Assembly: GCF_004010195.1 (NCBI RefSeq)
Contig: NC_057719.1
Span: forward strand, 4,433,464 to 4,497,463
DNA length: 64,000 bases
Direction of reading: 5' to 3'
Origin: Chiloscyllium plagiosum
Lineage: Eukaryota
Shown here piece by piece: positions 49,979 to 61,939 of this stretch. The notes under the pieces were generated by a model, which saw only the letters and a program-made list of their open reading frames with translations, ran no database searches and was not told the origin of the DNA. Position numbers and translations under genes: made by a program. The first letter of the stretch is position 1. Each line of letters opens with the position of its first letter.

Positions 49979-50518
49979 CATTGATGAGGGCAGAGCAGTA
50001 GATGTGATCTATATGGACTTCAGTGAGGTGTTCGACAAGGTTCAGCATGGGGGGCTGATTAGCAAGGTTAGATCTCATAGAATACAGGGAGAACTAGCCA
50101 TTTGGATACAGAACTGGCTCAAAAGTAGAAGACAGAGGGTCGTTGTGGAGGGTTGTTTTTCAGATTAGAGGCCTGTGACCAGTGGAGTGCCACAAGGATC
50201 GGTGCAGGGACCTCTACTTTTTGTCATTTACATAAGTGATTTGGATGCAAGCATAAGAGGTACAGTTAGTAAGTTTGCAGATGACACCAAAATTGGAGGT
50301 GTAGTGGACAGCGAAGAGGGTTACCTCAGATTACAACAGGATTTGGACAGATGGGTCAATGGGCTGAGAAGTGGCAGATGGAGTTTAATTCAGATAAATG
50401 TGAGGTGCTGCATTTTGGGAAAGCAAATCTTAGCAGGACTTATACACTTAATGGTAAGGCCCTAGGGAGTGTTGCTGAACAAAGGGACCTTGGAGTGCAG
50501 GCTCATAGCTCTTTGAAA
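49979..50518 (+). mobile_element. CR1 RT fragment
   Basis: [33 protein letters not shown]. Confidence 0.9.
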
Positions 50519-50935
50519 NNNNNNNNNNNNNNNNNNNNNNNNNNNNNNNNNNNNNNNNNNNNNNNNNNNNNNNNNNNNNNNNNNNNNNNNNNNNNNNNNN
50601 NNNNNNNNNNNNNNNNNNNNNNNNNNNNNNNNNNNNNNNNNNNNNNNNNNNNNNNNNNNNNNNNNNNNNNNNNNNNNNNNNNNNNNNNNNNNNNNNNNNN
50701 NNNNNNNNNNNNNNNNNNNNNNNNNNNNNNNNNNNNNNNNNNNNNNNNNNNNNNNNNNNNNNNNNNNNNNNNNNNNNNNNNNNNNNNNNNNNNNNNNNNN
50801 NNNNNNNNNNNNNNNNNNNNNNNNNNNNNNNNNNNNNNNNNNNNNNNNNNNNNNNNNNNNNNNNNNNNNNNNNNNNNNNNNNNNNNNNNNNNNNNNNNNN
50901 NNNNNNNNNNNNNNNNNNNNNNNNNNNNNNNNNNN
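50519..50935. other. Assembly gap
   Basis: Run of N. Confidence 1.
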
Positions 50936-51558
50936 GTGATCTTTCCTCCGGTATTTGTAGTGGTTTGAATCTGCCGCTTCTGGTTGTCAGTTCCAGCTGT
51001 CCGCTGCAGTGATCGGTATTTTGGGTCCAGGTCGATGTGCTTATTGATTTGAATCTGTGGATGAGTGCCATGCCTCTAGGAATTCCCTGGCTGTTCTGTT
51101 TGGCTTGTCCTATAATAGTAGTGTTGTCCCAGTCGAATTCATGTTGCTTGTCATCTGCGTGTGTGGCTACTAAGGATAGCTGGTTGTGTCGACACGCAGA
51201 TGACAAGCATGAATTCGACTGGGACAACACTACCATTATAGGACAAGCCAAACAGAGAACAGCCAGGGAATTCCTCGAGGCATGGCACTCATCCACAGAT
51301 TCAATCAATAAGCACATCGACCTGGACCCAATATACCGACCACTGCAACGGACAGCTGGAACTGACAACCGGAAGCGGCAGATTCAAACCACTACAAATG
51401 CCGGAGGAAAGATCACAGAAGCGCTTCACAGGAGGCTCCCAAGCACGGAGGATGTCACCTAGACAGGGGACGAAACGTCTACAACACAAATTCCCAGCTC
51501 AGCAAACAGAACCACAACAACGAGCACCCGAGCTACAAATCTTCTCCCAAACTTTGAA
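50936..51558 (+). mobile_element. Poseidon-like PLE 3' part with inverted 5' duplication
   Basis: GIY-YIG C-terminal peptide HEFDWDNTTIIGQAKQRTAREFLEAWHSSTDSINKHIDLDPIY is present on both strands, mirrored around ~51190. Confidence 0.85.
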
Positions 51559-51559
51559 A

Positions 51560-52860
51560 CTGGTAATTATAGGCCAGTGAGCCTTACTTCAGTCATGGGT
51601 AAGGTGTTGGAAAAGGTTATAAGAATTAGGATTTATAAGCATCTGGAAAGGATTAATTTGATTAGGGATAGTCAACATGGTTTTGTGAAAGGTAGGTCGT
51701 GCCTCACTAACCTTATAGAGTTCTTCGAGAAGGTGACAAAACAGGCGGATAAATGTAAGGCAGCTAATGTGTACATGGACTTCAGTAAGGCGTTTGATAA
51801 GGTTCCACATAGTAGGCTATTGCACAAAATAAGGAGTTCAGGATTGAAGGTGATTTAACGGTTTGGATCAGAAATTGGGCTAGCTGAAAGAAGACAGTGT
51901 GTGGTCATTGATGGGAAATGTCCATCCTGGAGCTCAGTTACCAGTGGTGTGCCGCAAGGCTCTGTTTCGGGGCCACCGCCGTTTGTCATTTTTATAAATG
52001 ATCTGGAGGTGGGTGTAGATGGACGGGTTAGTAAATTTGCAGAGACACGAAGGTAGGCAGACTTGTGGATAGTACCGAAGGACATTGTGGGTTACAGAGG
52101 GACATAGATAAGCTGCAGAGCTGGGCTGAGAAGTGGCAAATGGAGTTTAATGTGGAAAAGAGAGAGGTAGTAACAGGAATGCAGAGCCCTGGGCTAATGG
52201 TAAATTTCTTGGCAGTGTAGATGAATAGAGATCTCTCGATGTCCAAGTGCATAAATCCCTGAAAGTTGCCACCCAAGTTGATAGGGTTGTTAATAATGGT
52301 GTGTTGACATTTATTGGTAGGGGGAATGAGTTTCAGAGCTATGAGGTCATGCTTCAGCTGTACAAGACACCAGTAAGGCTGCACCTGGAATGCTGCGTGC
52401 AGTTCTGGTCACATTATAGGAAGGATGTGGAAGCTTTGGAAAGGTTCAGAGGAGATTTACTAGAATGTTGTCTGGTATGGAAGGAAGGTCTTACGAGGAA
52501 AGGCTGAGGGAATGGAGGCTGTTTTCGTTGGAGAGAAGAAGGTTGAGAGGTGACTTAATCGAGATGTATAAGATAATCAGAGGGTTAGATAGGGTGGACA
52601 GGGAGAACCTTTTTCCTCGGATGGTGAAGGCTAACATGAGGGGACATAGCTTTAAATTGAGGGGTGATAAATTTAGGACAGATAACGGGGGTAGTTTCTT
52701 CACTCAGAGTAGTAGTAGACTCGTTGACGTTAAGGGCATTGGACATACATATGGATAATAATGGAATGGTGCAGATTAGGTGGGCATCAGATTAAATTTG
52801 CAGGTCAGCACAACAGAGGGCCGAAAGGCCTGTACTGCACTGTAATGTTCTATATTCTAA
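51560..52860 (+). mobile_element. CR1 RT-to-3' end
   Basis: [53 protein letters not shown]. Confidence 0.9.
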
Positions 52861-52931
52861 AGTGGTAGGTAGTGACATACTCAAAGGGCTGAATGACTTC
52901 CTCCAGTATGTAGATTAGGACTCCTTTCAAT

Positions 52932-53125
52932 GTTAAGTTAGTTCTGCTATAACATGAGTTTCTTCAACGTGAATTGGCTACAACGTGATTGAAAAATTTA
53001 GATCATCATTATTTGTAGAATGCAAACTTTCCTTACCTTGATTGGCTATTATGTGATTCCAGTCCTATTGGCTTAAACGGTGCTAGTATTGTGTGTTTTT
53101 CTCATAACACAGGAACTGAACTATA
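52932..53125. mobile_element. Degenerate Tigger-type MITE (family of 19153-19373)
   Basis: gttagttctgctataac..tttcttcaacgtgaattggc mirrors the 19330-19371 end. Confidence 0.55.
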
Positions 53126-53589
53126 GCATCTTTGGGTCATATATCATGCAGTACCACATTTATCCACAAGATGCCAGTAGACTCCTTTGATTCCTGATTT
53201 GACCATTAGCCCAACTTTTCCAGGAAGACTAGTGCAAGTCATAGAACTCCCAAAAATAAGAACAGCTAAGGGTGGGTATTGTGCCTACCTAGTAACCCTT
53301 CCTTGGAAACCACAAATATCTCAATCACAGTGAAAATACACTTTCTCCACCATCAGTGCAGAGTGGCTTGTTAACAACACAAGAAATAGATCAGAAGGCC
53401 TCATGACCTCTGGAGCTTGCTCTGCCATTCAATAAAATCACAGCTGATCTTGTATCTCCTCTTGAAATCTTTATCCTATCCCCAAGAGTCTAAACATCTA
53501 TCATTGCCAATCCTGAACATACACAATGACAGCACAGCCACAGCTCTTTGAGGTAGATAATTCCCAAAGATTATGCAGTGTATACTAAC

Positions 53590-53801
53590 GTTGAAACTTT
53601 ATTGCTGGAACAGCACAGCAGGTCAGGCAGCATCCAGGGAACAGGAGATTCGACGTTTCGGGCACAGGCCCTTCTTCCTGAAGAAGGGCCTGTGCCCGAA
53701 ACGTTGAATCTCCTGTTCCCTGGATGCTGGCTGACCTGCTGTGCTGTTCCAGCAATAAAGTTTCAACTTTGATCTCCAGCATCTGCAGACCTCACTTTCT
53801 C
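53590..53801. mobile_element. Near-perfect fold-back PLE mini-element
   Basis: 88-bp arms (53590-53677 / 53680-53767, 2 mismatches), 34-nt tail and 14-bp TSD cagtgtatactaac. Confidence 0.9.
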
Positions 53802-54929
53802 CAGTGTATACTAACAACTGGTTGTACTGCAGCCATTCACGGAGGCTTCTTCAATAGTATTTTATCATTACTCATTATCATAGTGCACTGGAAATCAAGT
53901 CCCACTCTTCCTGGAGTTGTCACAAATGTGAAATTCAGTGACTTGCCCAACTTTACATCTCTAACTCAGGTTCAAGAAATATCTATACCACGCTTTTCCC
54001 AATAACAAGAAAATAACTATTGTAATTTAACTGTTTTTAAACCAATAGCAAGATATAGAAATTACTAATACATAATTTTATAATTTAAACTCTAACAAAT
54101 GTTAAAATTCCAATACATATTCAAACAAGCAATGAGACAAGTATTATGGGAGGGGGTTAAAATTAGACATGTACAAGTCTGGATCTCACATTGAAGAAGT
54201 TTTATTTCAGATTTCTTTAAACTCCTTCAGATTCTTTGCTAATAACACAAGGTTATGGATATAACAATTCTTGCTCTTTCATTCACACTGGTTAAGGATT
54301 CATCTTTTCAGTTCCTCTATAGGTTACTTTCTCCCTTTTCCTTTGGAGAATTTCCAAAGGGGAATTTGAAGAGAGAGCAGTTACAGGAAAACGTGAATCG
54401 GAACACCTAATAGGAGTTTTTGTTATTTCTCGACAGAGGAGACAGATTTAGGTGCTGTTTCTTTGCAGGCTAAAAGTAGTTTTGCTTATTGAACACACTG
54501 AGGATATAGTTACTACTCAGAAACAATAATTTACAAAAAGGAAATCATGCTTGGCAAATCTACTTGAATTTTGAGGCTGTTACTTGTAGGATTGATAAGG
54601 GGGAGTCCACAAATGGGGTTTACTTGGATATTCAGAAGCCTTTTCATAATGTCCCACATGAGATTAGCAAGTAAAATTGAGAAGCAGGGATTGGGGGTAG
54701 TGTACCGACAGTGTAGAGAACTGGTTGGCAAGCAGGAAACAGTAATAATAAACAGGACCTTTTCTGAATGACAGGCAGTGACGAGTGGTATACCACAGGG
54801 TTCAGTGCTATTCACAATATATAGATTTAGATGAGTGAACTAAATTAATATTTCCAAGTTTGCAGATGACACAAAGCTGGGAGGATGAATTGAGACAAGG
54901 ATACAAGCAGCAGAAAAAAATTAAAGTGA

Positions 54930-55262
54930 ATGTAGCTTGGTCCTCATTACAAGCACTGCACTGGCTGACATGATCCTTGATGCTGTTACTCATGTACGGC
55001 CAGTAGAGCACATCTCTTGCTTTCCTCAGACTTGCCTCAATAGGCTTGCATGATGGCTTGCATGGATATACTGTGGCATTTCTCCGCTGAACTAATTTGG
55101 GATAATGACAGTTTTCTTTCTACAATATGCCATCTTTGTGCTGTCAATTTGTATCACAGCAACAGGCACATCCTTGATGCCTTTCATCACTACTATTTGC
55201 AACACTGGGAGTTGCAGTTTGTTAGGTCATTTGCTCGAGTTCAGCAAGTCTGTTGTTTTCCT
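54930..55262 (-). mobile_element. Gypsy integrase zinc-finger region fragment
   Basis: LYWPYMSNSIKDHVSQCSACNE, the CxxC half of the HHCC domain. Confidence 0.6.
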
Positions 55263-55289
55263 AAAGGAACCAAGTGGGGCGAAAGAACA

Positions 55290-56755
55290 ATACATCCTCT
55301 GGGCCTGATGGAATGGATCCTAGGAGATTAAAACAAGTGGGTAGAAACAGTGAATGCACAAGTCGTAATGTTCCAAGAATGCTTGGATTCTGGAAAAGAC
55401 CTACAGCCCTGGAAAACTACCAACGTGACACCTTTAAAGGAGCAAAGGAGACAAAGAACAGGTCAGTTAGACTAACATCGGTTATTGGAAAAATGTTAGA
55501 GCCTACCAAAAGGGTGCAATAACAGAGTACTTAGAAGTAATATGATCAAGCAGAGTCAGAATGGCTCGCCTGAAGAGAAATCATACTTGACAAGTGTATT
55601 GTAATTCTTTGTTGAGGTACCAAGTTGTTGAGGTAGACAAATGGGAAGTAGTGGATGTAATATATTTGAATTTTCCGAAGATGTTGAATAAGGTACCACG
55701 CATTAGGCTACTTAAAAGATGAGCCTCGATGTTAGAAGTGGTACATTAGTGTGGATAGAGATTTGACAAAGTTGTACAAGACAGAGCTAGGTAAGGGGGC
55801 ATTTCAGGATGGCAACCTGTACATAACAGAGTGCCACAGGGATTAGTGTTGGGGGTCACAGTTATTTACAATATATATTAATCACTTGGATGGGGGGGGG
55901 GGGGCAAAAAAAAAAACTATAGCCAAGTTTGTGGGATACACAAAACAAATAAGCGGGAAAGCAGTTGGTGACGATAACACAGATTCTACAGACAGGTTAA
56001 GTGAGTGTTCAAAACCTTAGCAGATGGAACATAATGTGGAAAAATGCGAAGTTTGGCAACAGGAATAGAGGAGCTCCATGTTATTAAATGGAGAAAGACT
56101 GAAAAATGCTACAGCACAGATGGATTTAGAAGTACTTGTGCATAAATCTCAAAAAGCTAGCATACAATGTTCAGCAGATAATAGGGAAGGCAAGTGAAAT
56201 GCTGATCTTTATTTCAAAGAAAATGGAGCACAAAATAGAGGAAGTCTTGCTAAAATTATACAAGGCACTACTCAGACCACAGCAGGAATATGGTGAACAG
56301 TTTTGAGCTCCTTATCGAAGGAAAGGTTGGGATTGGGATAGTCTGGCTAAAGTTAATTAGGCTGATCCTAGGTATGGGGAGATTGGCTTATGAAGAGACC
56401 TTATTGAAATATACAAGGGATTTATGGGACTTGACAGGGTAGATATAGAAGGGTTGATTCCCCTTATGGGAAAGTCGAGGACTAAAGTGCAAAATCTCAT
56501 AATTGAAAAGTTGCCTTTTAAAACAGTGATGAGAAGGAATTCTCAGAGGTTACTGAATCTGTGAAATTCTTCACCAGAGAGCTGGCAAGTCTGAATTGTT
56601 AAGTATGTTCAAGGCTGAGATTTCAACAAGCAAAGGAACCAAGGGTTATGGGAAAAAATAAAAAAAAGTGGATAAGATGATTATCAGATCAGCCATGAAC
56701 TCAGAGTGAGAGAACAGACTCAATGGGCTGGGTGATCTTTTTCTACTTTACATCT
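55290..56755 (+). mobile_element. Old degenerate CR1
   Basis: SSGPDGMDPRRLK, RSVRLTSVIGKMLE and a 3' cagccatgaac..cagactcaatgggc tail. Confidence 0.75.
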
Positions 56756-57914
56756 TAAGGACACTGGGCCAGAAGGAGAGCAGCAGAGAGAATTTTAAGC
56801 TTATTGGGTCGACCAAAATTATTGCAAGTAAGGGTAAAGCTATGGAGGAATTTGAAAACAAGGATGAGACTTAACTGTGTTTAGCTTTCAAATTCAGTGG
56901 AGATGAGAGAACAGATCAGTGCAACTTCAAATATGGGCAGAATTTGGACAATGCCAAAGATTTGAATGAGCAAAGCTGGCTGGAGATGTTTTGTGGATTG
57001 GTTTGTCCTGGATGGTGTTGGATTCTTGAAAGTTGTTTAAAGTTGCTCTCATCTAGTCAGGTGTGAAATATTCCACCACACTCTTGACTTGTGCGTTGTA
57101 AATGGCAAACTATCTTTGGGCAATTGCAATGCAAGTTACACGTTGCAGGAGGCTCTAAGGATAATCCCAGGCAGCCAAGACCTAGGCAGCTGAAGGGACG
57201 GCTTTTCATTAATATTTGCTCATGGGATGGAGGTGAATTAACTATCCAAATTGCCTGTGAGAAGGTGCTGGTAAACTATTTTCCTGATCCACTGTAGTCC
57301 ACGTGTGGACTTACACCAATGGTGCTGAGAGGGAGGAAGTTCCAGGTTTTTGGTGCCAAAGCAGTGAAGAAACAATGAGTTCCCAGTCAGGATGGTGGCA
57401 TCACCTTGTATATGTGCAATTGCCTTTGAGTGGTTTAGGTTGCAGTTTTTGAAGGTGCTGTCAAAAGTGGAACAAAGATTGTGAGGAATGTGTAAGAAAC
57501 CAGAATTGAAGAAAGATAGAACTCTCAGAGAGCTGTAGGTCTGGAGGAGTTTACTTAATCAAAAGAAGATTGAGAAAGACCATGAAGTAATCTGAAAATA
57601 ATTCAAAATGACAGTGTGTAAAGGTTGGAGATGGGTAATATCATGGCTGCAAAAATAGGCACTGATGGGACGACATATGGAATTTTGAGCTGTGTCAAGC
57701 ACATCATCATTGAAAATTAAAACACTCTACTCAACCTTGCATTCTAAAAAACGTGCTGCAATGTCGAAATCAGTCCTAATTTTACTAAATTCAAGCTTCA
57801 GTGTGCTCTCATCATCTCTGGACAACGTGGTCCAAATTTTGATTCTACAGTTCCTTGCTGCATGTATTAATTCCAGCAGCATTTACATAAATAGGAATGA
57901 ACAATCTCACCACC

Positions 57915-60900
57915 TGTCAAATAAACAAGCCGTTTATTTAATCAAAATGTTACTGAACCATTTCACAAAAATATTAGGCAAAACAAAGCCTTTAAAAATT
58001 ACACTATTTGAATATACACTTTATCTACAGATAGTGCCACCAAACTGTTCCAAGCTATTCTTACACACCAACTGTAAAAAATAACTATGGGCACAAGTTC
58101 ATAAATCCCATGATTCCGGCTGACTGAAGAATTTGGTCCTTTAGCCAGTGGATCTGGGTTCCACAGCCTACTACCGAACTTAGCCAGAGAGAAGTATGGA
58201 GCCTAGTTACACCAACATTTACAAAGAAAAACAAACAATGATAAACAAATTGGTAACAAACTTGTGTGTTTGAGGGTTTCTGTCTTTAATTAATGGGACG
58301 AATTTTCTTCATGTTCTTTTTTTTAAAAAGAAAATCACAGGCCACTGCATTGGTTTCTGTCAAGACAGGTGTTTTTCAAATGCTGTAATATGATGTCCTG
58401 ACCAACAACAGCTCTGTCCCACTGCACTGCCCATTGTCTGTAGTACAGTTGATATCACCAAGTTGCATATAATGCAATAGAGTTTCTCAGTATTAACGAC
58501 CATCATGAAACAGATCCTGAATGGAGGCAGAAGACAAACGAAGCAACCGCTCACAGGATGTCTTGGGTGATGGGAGGTATCTTTTTAGTCTTGCGGTAGT
58601 GGGAGGTGAGAAAGAGAGGTGTTGCCAGTGTTATGATTCACACTGTCTTAAACAAAGAGCAATGATGAAATATTATTTCCTGAAAGGAATATCAAGGTTC
58701 CAAATATTCACAAGCACAAAACCTGAGTAACACCAAATTTTAATCCCAGCAGGGGTTGATACAAACCCATAAGCATCAGGAACTCCGCCTGATATTGTCC
58801 CTCATCTCCATAGCAGAGGATGATCCAGGCCAATTGTAGTATTTTTACCTGGTGGATGAGCATGAAGCATTCAAAAAATATTTCCCCTTTCCAATTAAGT
58901 TGCATGTCATTTTTTTTCCCAGTTCCATCTACTCAAAATGTATTTTGCAGACCACAGCCAAAGAAGACCAGTCCCCATTCCTTTAGACTCCCGGAACGGT
59001 AACCCTTCATCTCTGCTTAGCAGCTCCTGAAGACAATACCACTCATATCTGTAATTAATCACTGACAACATAAAAAGCCGGAGCTCCTAAAGCACAGGAT
59101 GCAGGTTCCAACTCACCAGGAAAACCAAAGTATTTCAGATAAGTTTGTCTTGTCATTCACCAGTTGTACTGCATCTTAAAGTCCAACTTTAAAGCGAGAG
59201 GAGTGCAGTAAGGAAACAGTTTTTAAACTTGATGTCAAAATAGCTTTTCCCAATGCAATTTATTGTAATCCTAAAGTCATGGCGATGTCGTGGGGATAGG
59301 GACAGCAGGGAGCACCCTCTTCAATTGCGACCAGTTTATTCTGGATCGCAATTCAAAACCCGCAATGGAGACTGACTGACAGGATGCCCAGGGCTGGAAA
59401 TTCACCTTATCAAACATCCCTATCCTCCCAACAAACACCTTCCATCAACAAAAGCTGAAAAGTCAAGCTTTTAATTTCTCCCAAGTAATGTAGGGTTTCA
59501 TTGCCATAGGTCATCACGATTAGGATGGCAAGAAAGCAAACAAAAACAAAACAAGGTGGTAAATGGGAAGGGTTGAGGCTAAGAGTGATAATATTGTTTT
59601 ACAGTTCACAGAAACCAGAAGGTTACACCCCAATGCAGTAGAAAGACAATTTATAACTGAGATGTGGCACTAGAAATGGCAACACAGACGCATGGCTCAA
59701 AACATCAGCTCAGAGAGAATGGGGCTGATAGTTTAGGGGACTGTTTTCATGGCTTTGGTTGGGGAAGCTAGTTGATTTTCCCACTGATTCTATGATGAAA
59801 GAATCACCTTGAATGGCAGTAAAACTATAAAGGCCAGTGGCACCCAATCCATGTTAAGTGGTCTCTGTTTCCTAAACTAATTAAGAAGTGTCTCACCCCT
59901 CCCCAACCCAAATCCATTGAATTCTGCTAGAAAGTATAGGCTGGGCATCAGTTGATGACAAGTTCAGGCTAAGAGGTGGGAAAGTCATTGGAAAATAAAC
60001 TAAATCACAAAGACAACAGAAGGGCAAAAAGCATTTCTGTAAGTTCACTTAAAAAATGATCAAAAGGGAAACAGTTGAACCAAATGAAATAAAATCAGCC
60101 TGCATTTAGCCTGAAAAGGACTCGACACAGAAGATTACATGAATGAAGCAGGAGTGTCAACAACAAGGTGAGCATCCAAACAACATCTACTGGAGAGATT
60201 CCCTTTTGACTACAACATAAATTATTAATACTCATTGCTTTGAGCCATCGGCACAAGAGCAACCAATGTCTGGTTATCACATCCTAACCTGGTGAGAAGC
60301 TCTGAGCAAGTGCACAATATTTTTCTGATGCATGTTGCCAGTTTCTCCTTGTATTTAGTTACAAAAACAGTTATACTTTAGAAGTACATTCAATAGGTTG
60401 GCAATACTTCACTGATGATCCAGCTGGTAGGAAAGGCAGCAAACAGCCGAGGCCATAATGATCAGGAAAAATCATGACTATGGGAGGGGACATGAGAAAC
60501 AAAATTACACAGGGCTTCTGTAGCTGGTAATGATCATGACCCTCTTGTTTGATTGGATAACAGGTAAGGGTAGGATTGGAGTTTGAAGTGATGCCCTCCT
60601 CAGATGAATAATTTCCCAAACACAGAGTTTCAAATTTGACACAGATTCAGGAGGGCAACCAGCACCTGTCCATGAAGCTGTGGTTACCTGAAGTCTTTCA
60701 GGGAAAGACAGAAGAAATGAAGGAAATGTCCATTTAAAAAAAAAACTTCCAATGGCAAATTACGATAACATTGGTTTCTAAAAGGGCTCTGGTGGGACAG
60801 CTTCCCTGGAAGGAAATTACACGTCACATTCTGCAAGCTCTAGATGGTAAAATCACAAACTGATTTGCCTCTCACCCAACCAATATTCCTTTGGCATTTC

Positions 60901-61100
60901 CATTACCTTAAAAGCAGCACACTTGAAATTCTAGTTAATTAAAAGAAACAAGTATTAAAATAGCCTAATAATGGAGACTGTGTATGGGGATTGGGCATCT
61001 TACATCAGAACTTCATTCTGCTCAGCAGGCAGTGTTTGTCCTTGAAGCTTCATGAGGGCTCATTTGCCACATGCAAGTCTCACTAGTTGTTTTTTAAAAA
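57915..61100 (-). other. Probable long 3' UTR of the angel1-like gene
   Basis: Nearly repeat-free unique stretch downstream of the stop. Minus-strand AATAAA at 57933-57938, with alternatives near 59259 and 59335. Confidence 0.5.
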
Positions 61101-61258
61101 TCAACCAAGGGATTTCAATCCAAACTTGGCAAGCAGCGAGAGGTGATCGGAAGAGCAGATGCCATTGGGCAACCCGTTAGCCAGCCAGATGTCATGCTCA
61201 GATAACAAGGAGAGTCGGCCCAGTAGTTTGAGGGGTCCATCCTTGTACCGCCTACGCC
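61101..61258 (-). CDS. angel1: Angel homolog (ANGEL1-like EEP/CCR4-family 2',3'-cyclic phosphatase), last coding exon
   Basis: Acceptor ttctttccttcctaatag|. Encodes (G)RRRYKDGPLKLLGRLSLLSEHDIWLANGLPNGICSSDHLSLLAKFGLKSLG* with the catalytic SDH motif. Not listed in the ORF track. Confidence 0.88.
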
Positions 61259-61686
61259 CTATTAGGAAGGAAAGAAGCGAAATTAGTGTGTCATAATGCA
61301 GGGAGAATGGGATGAGAGCTGAGTGCTCACACTGATCACTTCAAAGGCAGAATTTAAACCTGTGTTATGGCCATTACCACACATTAAATGCACAAATTGC
61401 CTTGGACTGTGGACGATGCTTTTTCCACTTTAATTCCATGTCCCTGTCATAAGCTTAGCTCAATAACAAGGTACAAGTATATAGCACTCGATAGTTTGAA
61501 ACCAAGCGTGTTGTACACACCGGGGAAAGCAAGGTGGAATATGTCACGTTATCATTCTGCTGGTGGAATATTCGCATGCATGAATGCAATCCCTATCTCA
61601 AAAAAGAGCAGCATTCTTAAATCAAACTTTCGAATACAAATCAACATTCCCACCACCCACGTCCTGCCACTTTCCAGGAGACAAAC

Positions 61687-61850
61687 CTTTTCCACTCTTA
61701 TCGGTGACTGGTTGTGCCGAGTAGAAGATGTAATCCACAGTGAGGCCAAAACCAGATGAGCAGGTTGTAACCTCAGGCCGACCTGTATCAGGTAGGTAAT
61801 GACTATAGACTGATGTTAGGTTGAGGTTGTGTCGGAGGGTGGTTGGAGAC
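61687..61850 (-). CDS. angel1: Angel homolog, penultimate coding exon
   Basis: Acceptor tttctttctgtcccctcag|, donor |gtttgt. Encodes SPTTLRHNLNLTSVYSHYLPDTGRPEVTTCSSGFGLTVDYIFYSAQPVTDKSGK(G); phase matches the next exon. Confidence 0.88.
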
Positions 61851-61939
61851 CTGAGGGGACAGAAAGAAACCAAACAACATCATGTCTGTCACATGGTAAA
61901 TTTCAGGAAGCCAAATGTAGATAATATAGTAGTGAATTA

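Noticed and set aside
53590..53801. DNA-transposon MITE or miRNA precursor
   Set aside because: The asymmetric tail, long TSD and identity to PLE 3' ends (1705-1803, 16803-16933) favour a retroelement origin.
61388..61759. Plus-strand 123-aa ORF and minus-strand 61552-61749 ORF
   Set aside because: Shadow frames overlapping the angel exon and intron; no independent support.
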